64,000 bases of DNA. Origin: Schmidtea polychroa (Eukaryota). Position 1 is the stretch's first letter, and each line of letters starts with the position of its first letter. The stretch lies in assembly GCA_044892525.1 (NCBI GenBank), contig CM097885.1, positions 42,038,001 to 42,102,000 of the forward strand, in the 5' to 3' direction. The notes beneath the pieces were generated by a model that was given only the letters and a program-made list of their open reading frames with translations, was not told where the DNA came from and did no database searches. Positions 1 to 12,444 of this stretch are shown here, in pieces. A program made the position numbers and the translations under genes.

Positions 1-2
1 CT

Positions 3-947
3 ATAAAATTCAAGCAAGCACCGATTTTTAAAAATTATATAAATAAAAATACACAGCTAAGAGCTGAAGCAAGCAGTGAACTGTACAGAGATTTATTCAA
101 ATTGTATAATAATAGCTTGTACGGTAAATCCGTTGAAAACCTTAAGAAGAGATTAAATTTACGACTATGTAATTCCGCGGAAAAATTAATTACATATTCA
201 TCAAAACCATCATTTAGAAAAACCATCAAAATTGATGATGATCTTTTTGGTGTACATCTCAATAAGGAGTCTATATGTTTGGATAGACCCAGCTACATCG
301 GACAATCAGTGCTGGATTTATCCAAACTAAGGATGTATCAATTACAGTACATAGAATTAGCAAAATATAGGAGTCAGTTTAACTGTGATATAAATATAGT
401 TGCGGGTGATACCGATAGTTTCTTCTTAGAGGTCAAAAATGTAAAGCTTGACGTTCTTTTGCCAGCGATGATTTCGGATGACTTGTTAGACACCTCAAAT
501 TATGATTCCTCTCATCCTTTATATTCTAGGAGACTCGACTCAGTTATAGGAAAGTTTAAGGATGAGAGTAAGGGTGTAGGATATAGTGAGTGGGTTTTCT
601 TGCGACCAAAGTGCTACAGTCTTTTAGGAAATAAATCTACTATGAGAGCTAAGGGCGTAAAATTACCAGGTACAGATATAAAACATCAATCCTATTTAGA
701 CTGTTACAACAACAACACAGTTATTTCTGTACCTCAGACTAGAATAGGAACCCGAAATCATCAGCTTTTTACCTTTAAAAACTCAAAGATTGCTTTAACT
801 AATCATGATGATAAAAGAGCTTGGGTAGAGAAAAACTCTAGTTTTGCATATGGTCATTATTTAGGGGTTGATGTCATTGATAATGACGATAATGATATTC
901 AATCAGGAGCAGATCCCGATCTCATCAATCAACATCTACAAGATTAA
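3..947 (+). CDS. Protein-primed family B DNA polymerase (pPolB), C-terminal part, 5' cut by the window edge
   Basis: Frame open from position 3. Motifs KLYNNSLYGK, IGQSVLDLSK, AGDTDSF, GKFKDE, LRPKCY, RAKGV, DDKR. Confidence 0.93.
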   Translation: MKFKQAPIFKNYINKNTQLRAEASSELYRDLFKLYNNSLYGKSVENLKKRLNLRLCNSAEKLITYSSKPSFRKTIKIDDDLFGVHLNKESICLDRPSYIGQSVLDLSKLRMYQLQYIELAKYRSQFNCDINIVAGDTDSFFLEVKNVKLDVLLPAMISDDLLDTSNYDSSHPLYSRRLDSVIGKFKDESKGVGYSEWVFLRPKCYSLLGNKSTMRAKGVKLPGTDIKHQSYLDCYNNNTVISVPQTRIGTRNHQLFTFKNSKIALTNHDDKRAWVEKNSSFAYGHYLGVDVIDNDDNDIQSGADPDLINQHLQD

Positions 948-1315
948 TTTAATTCTGTGATCGGACTTGTTTGAATTTTTGTAAAATAGAAATTATTGTA
1001 AAGTCTCTTTTTCGTTTTATAATTATCGGTTTTATTTCTTTGATTTTTTTTTTTTTTTTAATAATTTGATGTGTAAAAGTATTTTATTAGAATGTAGTTT
1101 GTTAATAAAAATAATAATAAAAATAATAGTACTTACTATATTGTGCACAAACATTATATCTTCAAATATATAACCATTGGATAGAGCTGTTCAAGACCTT
1201 TTTAATGAACCATTATTCAATAAAATCTATCGAAGATAATCCTTAAAATTACCATTATTGATTTTAAATTATTTTCTTGTTTAATAAATGAGTTGTTTTA
1301 ATGTATCTCTTATAA

Positions 1316-1873
1316 ATGTGTGCAGAATATAAGTATTTTCATAAATTTATTAAGAAATTACTGATGACCACGAGATCATTCAAGTTTTTAAACTGCACCG
1401 TTGAAGATTTTATGAACAATTATGATACTTTCACTGAAAAGGAAACCATAAAAATTTTAGAAATTTTCAAACATTCCTCCATTGGATATTTGATTGATTT
1501 ATTTAATTACAATAAATGCATTTTGAAGTTATCGATTTATTTGATGCATTTAGACAAAGCAATAGTAGATAATGATTCATTGAATGAATGCTTTTGGAAT
1601 TGTATGGATTTAAGGCTGGAACCAGGATATAGTAGTAGATTGATTTATGAATGGATATCGAAATCCGAATTGATTGAAAATAAGCTAAGGAAAAAACTCA
1701 ATGATGGTAGGAAAATGTATTTAACTTGTTACATTTGTAAAGAAAATCAAGTATCGGTTTTGTTTTTACCTTGCGGACATGTAATTGTATGTTCTAAATG
1801 CCATGATTCAAATGTTCGCAAATGTAAAGCATGTTCAATGTATATTAATGAGTATCATACTATATACATTTAA
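1316..1873 (+). CDS. C-terminal IAP/MDM2-type RING finger protein (putative E3 ligase), Polinton accessory gene
   Basis: CYICKENQVSVLFLPCGHVIVCSKC..CKAC..I at the extreme C-terminus; AATAAA overlaps the stop codon; no BIR domain visible. Confidence 0.8.
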   Translation: MCAEYKYFHKFIKKLLMTTRSFKFLNCTVEDFMNNYDTFTEKETIKILEIFKHSSIGYLIDLFNYNKCILKLSIYLMHLDKAIVDNDSLNECFWNCMDLRLEPGYSSRLIYEWISKSELIENKLRKKLNDGRKMYLTCYICKENQVSVLFLPCGHVIVCSKCHDSNVRKCKACSMYINEYHTIYI

Positions 1874-2105
1874 TAAACATTTATTTCTTTACCTTTGTTA
1901 TTAATACTTTGAATATTGTAAATAATAAAACTATGTATCAAATAATAATATTCAAAATAAACCAAATTTACAAACTACCGCCCAGCCCCTTCGGGGCGGG
2001 CGGCGGTTGTGTATGTCGATGATTTTAATTTTTATTAAATGCATTTGTTTGATTTCAGAATTCGATTTGTGTGACTAACCTTGTTATATTTGAGTTGATG
2101 TAAAT

Positions 2106-2172
<67 letters not shown>

Positions 2173-2464
2173 TTAATAATAATAAAGTAATTTCTTATGA
2201 AGATTTATATTAAAGTGATTCAAAGCTGATTTATGAAATTGGTTGAACCTTTTAAATGTAATTATCCAACAATAAATATTTAATGTAATAATGATCAAAT
2301 TCACTTAACAAGGCAGTGCCGACAATTTGTGAGAGTCGACAAACATCGATATATTACTGATTTATAATCTTCAAAGTCTCTTTTCAATTCAATGGATATT
2401 ATAATCAGTGGTGAAATTGGAAGAAATAAAAGTTCTTATAATAATAGTAATTATTTGTAAAAAT

Positions 2465-2500
<36 letters not shown>

Positions 2501-2656
2501 GGAAAAATACTGAATTATTATTGATTAAAATATTTGAAGGGATAACATGTGGTATGAAATTATGCGTTAATAATCGATTACATCAACGGAAATTCACATG
2601 ATTTGCACTATGAACTGTTACTAAATCATGTGTGAATGATATCAGTAAATGATATC

Positions 2657-2812
2657 AGACCTTAAAAAAAAAAATTTGACCTTGACCTTAAAAATTTGAC
2701 CTTGACCTTAAAAAATTTGACCTTGACCTTAAAAATTTGACCTTGACCTTAAAAATTAGACCTTGACCTGTCCTGGATGTGACATGTCCTGGAGGTGACA
2801 CATCTTACTACT
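2657..2812. repeat. Terminal repeat region of Polinton 1 with tandem TTTGACCTTGACCTTAAAAA units
   Basis: About 5 copies of a ~19-21 bp unit immediately inside the TACTACT terminus. Confidence 0.8.
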
Positions 2813-2971
2813 CCTAACAAAAAAATAAGATAAACATTACAAGCTTTGTGATACCTAGTGCCAATAGTAGACTAGTAAGAATAGTAGACTAGTAAGTCGA
2901 GTATTTAATCCATTTCATTTACATAATTGATATAAAATATTAAGAATATTTCATTTGATTTTTAGATCAAA

Positions 2972-3345
2972 ATGAATGGGGCAAATAAGCCGGCGGTATA
3001 GGATAATTTCAAAAAGATTGGAAAGGACAAGGCATGCTGCAATCATTGTAAAACAATGTTGAGCTGCAAAGGATCATCTACGAGTAATCTCCACAATCAT
3101 TTGAAAGTAGTTCATCAAATAATAATGCACAAGAAATCAGAAACAAATTAAACGACCGATAAACAAGAAAAACCTGGACACTCATCCTGTCCACAAAAAC
3201 AAGCTAGTATCTTTAATTTTGTGAAAAGGAGCAGTTTGGAAGAAATAATAGCAAAACTTGCTGCATATGATGGATTGTCTATTAATAACATCACAACAAG
3301 CTCATTTATACGAGTCTTTACAACACAGGGGATATTCATTACCAA
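2972..3345 (+). pseudogene. hAT-type transposase N-terminal fragment with BED zinc finger
   Basis: AV*DNFKKIGKDKACCNHCKTMLSCKGSSTSNLHNHLKVVH (Trp replaced by stop), then SLEEIIAKLAAYDGLSINNIT. Confidence 0.75.
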
Positions 3346-3960
3346 AAAACAACTGTTGATAATTGAATCTCATTTATACGTTTTATGAATATGCCAGACG
3401 TGAAACCATAAATTAATTTGATTGTATTAAGCAGATTACCGCAGATTACAGTATTACCATTCAATTTATTTAAAGATTTTTCGGTTTAAAAATTTTTTTA
3501 AAATGAATAATCAACACAAATATTACTGGAAATATTATTGGTGGAAATTATAAGTTAAATTCTATTTTTAGCTATACCTCACAAATTATTACGAATTTTC
3601 TGTAGTGCACTATTTGGCAAATATTGACTAATATTTGATTTCACAATAGTTGAATTTATAATTTGAAATTTTATTTTAGCCAATAAGAATAATATTAATA
3701 ATAAAATATTAATATGATATATTTACTGGTTCATAGTCAAGCTTTTTAATAAATGCAATGTCAATGAAAAAGAAATCAGCTGTGAAATTTGATAGGTAAT
3801 AAACTAATTTATTTATAAAGAGCAAAAAATTTTTGGCACAGTTTTTATCGTAGTATTTAGTCATATATTGATTTATTGACAATAAATAAACAATTTTCAA
3901 TTAATTGAGAAAATTAAAACTGAAAATTTTATGCATAAATTCAATTAAATAGTGTCATAC

Positions 3961-6018
3961 TTCTAATGCTTCAGTAAATGGTCCCAAGTCAAGTACCAAT
4001 CCCACTTTGAAGTCCCGATAATATTTCCTATAGAAATTATCAAATTTGACTCAGATTTATTGGTGAAGCAGATATCAAATTTTTCAATAAAATTCCGACG
4101 CACTAAAACGTCGATATAGCATCTGAAGATTTGGCTAACTCTCAAATATGAATAGATTTATAATACCGTTTATTTTATATTATTGTAAAATTAGGAATAA
4201 GTAATCTTTTGGTCACCTTTAATCTGTTTTCTTTTATTAATATTTTATATTTTACTCTTTTTAACACTTCTTCTATGTGCATTTTTAATAAGGAACCAAA
4301 TTTACTTATTAATAAAAGTAATTGCCATGGTCTAAATTTTTGACCATCAAATTAAATGAAGATTCATTTAAACTGCGATAACTAAGTCCTCGTTTACCAA
4401 TTAATTTTATTGTTTCAATTATTCTTTCGAGTATTTGAGTATTTGTAGATTATTATCGTTATACAAAGGTTTAGACTTCATTGGGTTGTAATTATTATGA
4501 ACCGTTTCCACATAGCTCCTTTTATTCATTACAGTTACATTTCCATTGAGTTTCGATCCATTCCACTTTTTTTCAAAATACATTTTATGTATTTACTTGT
4601 CGCTGGACCTCTCTGTTCTTCCTCATTGTCAACTTTCCCTTCTTCTTTGTATAGTTTCGATTTAATTAAGTTCTCTGTAATTTCGTAAAGCTGAATTTCT
4701 CTCCTGTCTTCTTCACAATCCATTAAATATTTAAATAAAAAATGCTGTTAATTTACTGCTTGTAATATTGTGCCTCATTACACGCTCAACATTTTTCTCT
4801 ATAGTCTTGATGTAATCGTCAACAGCTGAATTGGGGTTTCGATAGCTCAAAGTGCTTTGTAAATCTTCCGCTAGATCTGTTTGTGTTTCAAAGGCCTTTC
4901 TTAATTTCTCTTCCAAATTGTTAAAAATGGAGTTTCATCATATTTCTTCCTGCTTCTCTCGTCTTAATATGTTCGAACAACGACATTTCTTTGCTCCTCA
5001 TCTAATTTGATCATATCAAAAAAGTTTTTTATTGACATTGGAAAATCTTTACTAATTGAGTACATTTTTAGTTGATGAATATTTTGCAGCAAATCGGTCG
5101 CCATGTTAAATAAATCAAAGTCTAGAATTTTCTGATATCTATTTTATGACATAACAGTTCAAATATTTATCCCTTTAAGATCGAAGACTATTATGTAATA
5201 ATGAACATGAAATATGAGACATGTTTCAGACATACGATAACATACCCACGTATCAAACCATTCACGATAATTTCATTTTTAGATTACTTATTGTATTAAA
5301 ACTAAAACACACAAACTAATCTGTGAGCTGAATTTTAATATTGGATGGAATAAAAGCATTTAGAATAAACCCGTTTGCATGGAATAATAACGTCTATAAT
5401 AAAGGTTTGTGTGTAAAACCAATTTCGACTAGTAATTGCTGATTAATTTTCTTTTAAAAATTTGGTTTTTTTACATTTTATTTCTGCCTTTTGCATAAAA
5501 TTGAAGAATATTCACAAAATAATCTTTTCATATTTTAACATTAATCTTTAAAGTTTCTCCATCCAAATATTTAAATTATAAAGCTAAATAAAATTTATGG
5601 TATTTATAAAATGAAATTAGTCTTCATTATTTACGGTTTTTTCAATTTATTTTCTCGAAAACTCCAAAATAGGAAAATTGAATTCAGTAGTTTTTGGTTT
5701 TAAAATTTCAATGTATATCTGTCATATTAGTTTTTCGAATATTTCTAAATATCGAAAGTGTACATGTATATTTTTTATATGTTGTGTTTTTGTGTTAAAA
5801 TTTTTTCTACTCTTTTTCCTAATCTTTATAGTAAATTTTATTAATCATGAAACATTAAAATGCAGCACACAGGTAAGTTTGTGTGTTTCCATAATACAGG
5901 ATTATTGACTATTGCTATATTATAAATGTTATTATTCCGTGCAAACATTTACAGAAATTGAGAAGGTGGTAGAAACATTAGATTTAACGCAAACACATAT
6001 TTAAATTGTATAAACTTT

Positions 6019-6104
<86 letters not shown>

Positions 6105-9100
6105 ATTCAATCTTAATATACTATAGTTATGGAGAAAATCAAGGGGAAAATAGTAAATTATGAACACGAAATTCATTTTAAACGGTTATTATGAATACCC
6201 AAAAGTTCATTTAGCTTTATAATTTACAATTTTAAAGAAATAAACTTAAAAAAGTCAATATAAAAACCTAAAATCATTATTTTATGAATAGTCGTCATTT
6301 TGTCTAAAAATGTATGAATAAAATGAAAATATGAAACGAATAATTTAATAACATCAAATTTAAGTTTAAAATTATTAAAACTTTAAATTGTAAAAATTCC
6401 AAAAAACAAAATTTATCAGAAATTATCACTCAAACCTGAATCATGGATAGTTTTATTCCATGCAAACGGCTGTATCTAAAATAGAGTTGTTTTATAGTTA
6501 TTATTTTTTAATTTTCTTCTGTAAATTATAATATATACGCGCAATCATTCACACAAAAGTAGTATTTAGTCACCATGGACTGTCCCAACACAGAAACAAT
6601 CAACGTCTCATACACAATTATTATCATTAATAAGGAACAACGACAAAAGAAAAGTTGAATTGTCAAAAAATGTACGAAAATGTTGTTAATGTGTCGTAAA
6701 TGTCAATATGGTGGTGACAAATAAAATCGACTGATTGAACCGATTGCAAAAGAATTTCAAGAATATCTAGTGAAAAGCCAATAAGGAAACGAACAAAAAG
6801 AAAGAGTATGACAAAACATTTTATTGAAATAGATGGAATTCAGAAGTACGAATCAGTTATAGAGTAACGGTTAAAAATTAGAATTGTAAAGCATTTAACG
6901 GAAAGTATATTGTACTGTTTATAGTATAGGAGATTAAAACAAATAGGTTTATCTTCTATACAGCATGCAGATGATAATAACGATTTTGTTTAACTTTAAT
7001 CATATAAAGTTACTGAAAAGCTCAAAGGAGACGAATAATTAAGTTCAACAGTAAATATAAGGGTTGTGCCCAAAAAAGGAAAAGAAAGTCCCTCTAGTTA
7101 AATTAGAATATAGTGAAAGAACTATAAAAAAGACGATATGAATCGTGAATTTAAGATATACTTGATCTAAGAAAAGGAGGGTGTAACATATCGAATTTAT
7201 AATTTCTCATCATATTAGATACTATATTTCCAAATTCAATCTGATATAAGAAGAAAGATGTATACACCACCCGATACTGTAAAATATTTAATTAATAATT
7301 TCAATTTATTAATTATGGGATTTAATTGTAAAATGTGAAGAATCAATAGAATTAGAATTGGAAAACGATAATAATCAAATAAATATTGACATCAAAGGTT
7401 TAATTGAATACTCAGACAGCGATGACGATTAAATTCAAACTAATGATGATATCTCAAGCAATAGCCCAGTAAAACCTGAAAAAATTGTACCTGAAACTGT
7501 ATTTTCTGAATTAAAAGAGATTGAAGAAGATTTATTAATTAAAACAGATCAATGCATGACTGAACCGGCTAATGAAGCAGAAAAGTATTTGAAATCTATT
7601 ATTAAAAAGATGTGAGAAACGCTCAAAAATAAAATCGAAGTTCTAATTCACAATGGATTTGGCAATGATAATCTAAAAGACATCTCGATCCAAGTTAATA
7701 TATCTTCTTGAACGGATCTAGCAGAATCTACGCTGACAATTTATCAGACAATGCTATAATACACTGCCACAAATCACTGGTTCATGAAAGTAACTTTCTT
7801 AGTATTTGGATACTTTGTTATGTGTTCAGTGATAATCTGTCAAATGGATTGCTTGTCTACTTCGTCCTTGGTTAGAATGTTGTGATATATGCTTGTATTA
7901 GTTTCACTCATCTCTCAGCCACGTCGTTAACTACTGCAATGCTTTACAATATCTCCAGTCTACGTTAGAAGTTGACATCATCTTTCCAAGTAAACGGACA
8001 CTTTTAAAAAAAGATGTAATTATTGAAAACCTTGAACAAAAATTTCTTTAATTCCTCAGAATGAACGTACGAAAAGTGTTTGTCCTTGAAGCATATAAGG
8101 TCTTCAGTTTCAACAATGAATCGTTTTATTTAATTTTCTAAATCGCTGTCTTCTGGAGTCATCAATAACCATTTTTTCCTTAATGTTTCGTGGGACTTCA
8201 TAATCTGGTGATATTTTTTCACAGCAGCTGTGTACATAATCCAATCATTTGTTACATATTTATCTTATTCAATATGTTTAATTCTCATAGAAATTTGAAA
8301 CAAAGTTGACATATGCATTCGAACAGCAACACCAGAATACATTGTCGAACCACATGATAAGACTGTATTTCCATATAAATCTTTACAAATATCATCAATT
8401 AAGTCTCTACCGGCTAAATTAATTCCAGAAATAGCATGAGGTAACACATAAGTTTCATAAATTGCCATAGTGTGAGATATAGGATCACTTGAGTCCAAAA
8501 CGATTATGAAGCGTAATTCGCAACATACACTATTAGTGCATAAATGTCTCCAACATAATTTGCGTCAAGGATCTTCTGTCAGCTTTGGAAATATCGTAAA
8601 TAACTTCTCGATCAGTTATAAAATTGCATTGCCAAATGCGATAGATTTAAAATGAACAAAGCTATCTTTAGAGTTACTATCATTATCAACACTGATGAAT
8701 CCATATCCATGCTTTGAGTTAAACCATTTAATACGTTCACTTTGATTTATAATGGAAACGAAAACTCCAGAAAACTTTATTTTTAAAATTCTATCAAAAA
8801 ACTCTTTTAAATCAAAACTATCTCTAACTTCCAGGAAAATTTATAAATCATAAAAGAATAAAATTCAACAATTTACCATTGCCAGAAAAAGCATCGCCCG
8901 CGTTTGTGTGCTCACACAGACGCGACTCATTTGGTATCAAGATCGACCTCAATTTACGCTGGAAACTTTTATTTATTCATTGATTAAAGAACGAAATTAT
9001 TCGATAGCAGATAATATGAAAGACTTATTAAGAGATAATTCCAATTTTATTTGGTATTAACGGAGGAATGAGAACTGCAGATATGTATTATGTGTTTTTA

Positions 9101-10193
9101 ATTGATGGGCTCAATTATTTGTACACCGAGGGCAACATTGAGATAGATAGAGTTTGTAACTGTTATTATCGATTGTAGTATCAGTAAAATCTTTTATCTT
9201 TCTCATCTTTGATACATTTTCATTTATAATTACTTTTATCTTCATTTCTTATCAGGCTTTAAAATAAATATCGATTTATAGCCTGAAAAGAACTTAAGAT
9301 AGGGAATATATCGATTATATAATGGACATGCGCAAAGGATATTTAGGCAGTATTAGTTATTATAAAACGCTTTATTATTGGTTTATATTTAACACTGAAT
9401 TTTATCAGGATAATTTATAATACAAAGTGCAAGAAATTCCAATATTGAATCCCCCACCTTCCTCTCCTTCGTTCTCTCTTTCTTTATTAGCAATTAAGAA
9501 TCAATAAGAATACTGCCATAAACATTGGGAACAGTAAAAACGAGCGGAAATATGTGACAGTAATTTATAAATGTTTAAATTACGAATGAGTTAGCATAAA
9601 TCAATAATTAACCCTTTTCCAGCTGATAGAAAGCGAGATCTCGGATTTTGAATTAAAAATTGAAATGCCTTATTCATTGTTTCATAACTGAAATTCGTGT
9701 GAGCATCTGTAATAACAACCGAATCACAATCGCCAATGTCGTGATGGGGAAGATATGTTTTCAAACCTTATTATTCTAGTTAAGTTCCGATAAGCATTCA
9801 GCAAATAATTACTATCACTCATAATGCAAAACGGTTTCAATGAACTTCTTTCAATGATTTCTTTTATTGCCATTAATGGAGAGTAAATATTTTCAATTTG
9901 CAGTTGAAATCCCATTGAATTGAGCATTTTTAATAAAACATTTGGAGGCACTTGACTTTCATTTGTTAATAACATAAATGGAAATTTCTTTTTTTGCAGT
10001 CTAATAAAGTCACAATATTATAAAACTTTACACGTTTAATCATGTCAATCAAAATTTTATTTTTAAAATGTTAATCTTACTTTTTTATGGCATCAACAGA
10101 TCCATCTATTGCTAAATACTCTCCGTTAGATGATGAATTACACAAAACTCCATGGATATCAATGAATAAAGCTTTACATTTTGAATGCCACAT
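3961..10193 (-). CDS. LHPP: LHPP-like HAD phosphatase; exons 10193-10081, 10000-9813, 9766-9613, 4027-3961; later exons not found in the window
   Basis: GT-AG introns of 80, 46 and ~5585 nt join in frame to give [69 protein letters not shown], collinear with known LHPP motifs. Confidence 0.88.
5368..6472. mobile_element. Tc1/mariner-type MITE
   Basis: Imperfect ~45 bp TIRs with core CCGTTTGCATGGAATAA (5371) / TTATTCCATGCAAACGG (to 6469); TA flanks both ends; internal (TA)n at ~6021-6101. Confidence 0.65.
6570..7270 (+). mobile_element. Possible degraded LTR-retrotransposon 3' remnant
   Basis: Purine tract AAGAAAAGGAGGG directly followed by TGTAACA (~7169-7188); CRKCQ-like remnant near 6690; heavily decayed. 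Confidence 0.3.
8315..8505 (-). pseudogene. Actin fragment with internal deletion
   Basis: [37 protein letters not shown] joined directly to [27 protein letters not shown]; these are two non-adjacent actin segments. Confidence 0.85.
8620..8745 (-). pseudogene. Cold-shock domain fragment
   Basis: [32 protein letters not shown] contains KWFN plus RNP1- and RNP2-like motifs; a stop follows shortly. Not in the ORF track. Confidence 0.8.
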
Positions 10194-10916
10194 TTCAAAT
10201 TAAATTTTATAAAATTTAAATTAATTTTATCAACAAAGTTCATGTAAATAAAATCTTATATGAAATATTTGAGATTGGAAAAATTGACTTTTTAAATATA
10301 TTGAATGAAATTAATAAGAATTATTTATGATAATTAATAATTCTATTAAAATATTTAAATATTTAACGAAATTAATATATTAAATTAAGATTTTAATTGA
10401 AACAGTATAACAATTATTTGGATTAAATTTAAAATCAAAATGAAAAAAAATTGAAAAATATAAATTTATAAGCAATTACAAAAAGATATAAAGTGTTTAC
10501 AGATCAAAATTTTAAATTTCTTCAAAAATTGCTTTTATGAAGCATAATGAGTACAATTATTAAATAAAATAAGACACTGGGTAAAGCATATGAAACATTT
10601 AATGAAAATTTAATGAAACATATGCCCACACAGACGCGATCAGTGTCATTTTTTGGGATGGTTGATTGTTAGTTTGTCTCGCGTCTGTGTGCGCTTTGTA
10701 CTGGTTTTTGGAGTCTTTTGTGTGCTCACACCGACGCGGACAATTGTGAATATTATCATGGTCAGAGTTTTTTGGATCGATTTCGAGTTAGTGAGTTTTG
10801 ATCGATTTTTTTGATTGTATCGGTTTTTTAGATTTTGGAATTGTGGTTTTAAAGAATTGATTTATAATTTTGATTTGAATTTTCGGCCTCAGTGAAATAT
10901 GGAAGATAATTAATGT

Positions 10917-11526
10917 TTGATATGTCGTATTTCAATGAGCAATATGGCGAAGAGATGTCTTTTCAGCAGTAAAACTTGTCCATGTGATCGTGGCTCAGGA
11001 AGATCGTTGCAAATTATTAATGGAAGTTTTTCAAAACGATTGGAAATCAACGATTTAATTTCTGTAAATCATGAAATGACAGAAGAGGAACTCCAAGATA
11101 TGTTTATAAAATTTCCCCAAAGGTTTAAAAATATTCGTAAATTATCTGAAACCATTTATGACATGAGCGATAAAAATATAAAATTGCTAACTTATGAAAA
11201 TGATATTCTATTCAATCGAGCTCTTTAAAAGATCAACACAACTCCAATGTTTATTAGCCGAAGTGTTGAACAATTATCCAATGTTTCAATTTCAATCATG
11301 GCTCAATCTCAAGTTATTGGACACGATAAATGGTTTAACAAACAATGGTTTTGTACAAATAAAGCGTGTGATGCGATTAATTACAAAGAAATTCTTCTTA
11401 TGTGTCTCAGACGTTCGTAGATACCCAGATACATTTTTCATTTTTGAAACGATAAAAGTCAATATTTTTCAGTTGCGATTTGAGAAGATAAAATGGTTGG
11501 AATATTGGATAAGTTTTCGTTGTTAA
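10917..11526 (+). other. Frameshifted ORF remnant of unknown (possibly transposon) origin
   Basis: Two overlapping ORFs downstream of CGCGTCTGTGTG/CACACAGACGCG palindromic motifs (10627-10738); no domain recognised. Confidence 0.25.
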
Positions 11527-11638
11527 TCATCAAATGTTTTCACCCATTTGTTTGATAATACATTTAAAGTTTAGGATCTTAGGCTTACTTTACGCTATTT
11601 GGTCTTTGTCTACCTCTGATTTCTCTAATAGTATAGTG

Positions 11639-11680
11639 CAGAGGTCTCAAACTCAGACTGACCTGCGGGCCGCAACACAA
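11639..11680. mobile_element. hAT (Charlie/Buster-like) terminal inverted repeat
   Basis: CAGAGGTCTCAAACT...GCGGGCCGCA matches the typical Charlie-type terminus; probably the 3' end of the transposase remnant at 40499-41140. Confidence 0.6.
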
Positions 11681-12033
11681 TCTTTTTGAAAATAAATACT
11701 CGAGAATGCATCATAATTGCAATTTATTAGAAATAAGAAAAACCATTATTATGAACATAAAATGTAAAAAAATAATTAAACATACATGGCAATGATTTAA
11801 TTATAAGATAACGCCAATCAAACATTCTTTTCACGATATATTTCGACAGTTTTCCTGTCATCATCAGGTGGGATATAATAACTAATTAAATTAAGGATTT
11901 TAAACAAATTTATTAATTATATATAAAAACATTTAATTATTTAAAAAAAATTATACATAAATTAATATATATATTTTTTAAAAGTTTATCAGTCAAAATT
12001 TAATTTAATAATTTAAAATTTTTTATTAATTAT

Positions 12034-12444
12034 TTAATTTAATACAACAATCAATGCATACAATATATAAAAAACTTTTTTAAAAACACAAGTATTTACT
12101 GCATTCTGCACATTAATTTTCGGATTCAATGATTTTATCATCAACGCCTCACAAATCACACGTTCCCAATAATTAACGAAATTTTTTAATAAAATTTTAA
12201 AATCAGACATACCTATTTTAATTGTGCTCACCAATATGGGTCAAAGCCTTCGGTCTACAATGTTTTCGAGCTCGAATACAGAGATGACGGGAAGTCTCTC
12301 CAATGTATGTGGCATTACACCCATTACATATAAACTGATAAACGAGATCGGAACACAATTCGACTGGAGTTTTTGACTTATTAATCAACATATTGCATAC
12401 TTTCCATGAAGTTGACACTATAGTTTAAATTCCATAACTGCTTC
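12034..12444 (-). pseudogene. Penelope-like element, GIY-YIG endonuclease (3' part)
   Basis: LVYQFICNGCNATYIGETSRHL..H, then FKIL..ERVICEALMIKSLNPKINVQ; frameshifted. Confidence 0.88.

Larger units (their letters stand above)
1..2812 (+). mobile_element. Polinton/Maverick (adintovirus-like) element 1, right-hand end
   Basis: Contains a pPolB C-terminus and a RING gene. Ends in a TGACCTTGACC repeat array followed by ...CATCTTACTACT (reverse complement AGTAGTAAG, a typical Polinton terminus). The left end lies outside the window. Confidence 0.8.

Noticed and set aside
1..947. pPolB C-terminus as the missing half of the pPolB at 13208-15064
   Set aside because: Opposite strand, outside the TIRs of Polinton 2, and linked to a different terminal sequence; these are two separate elements.
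4535..5105. Fragmented minus-strand ORFs in the LHPP intron
   Set aside because: Coding-like but broken, and I cannot assign a family.
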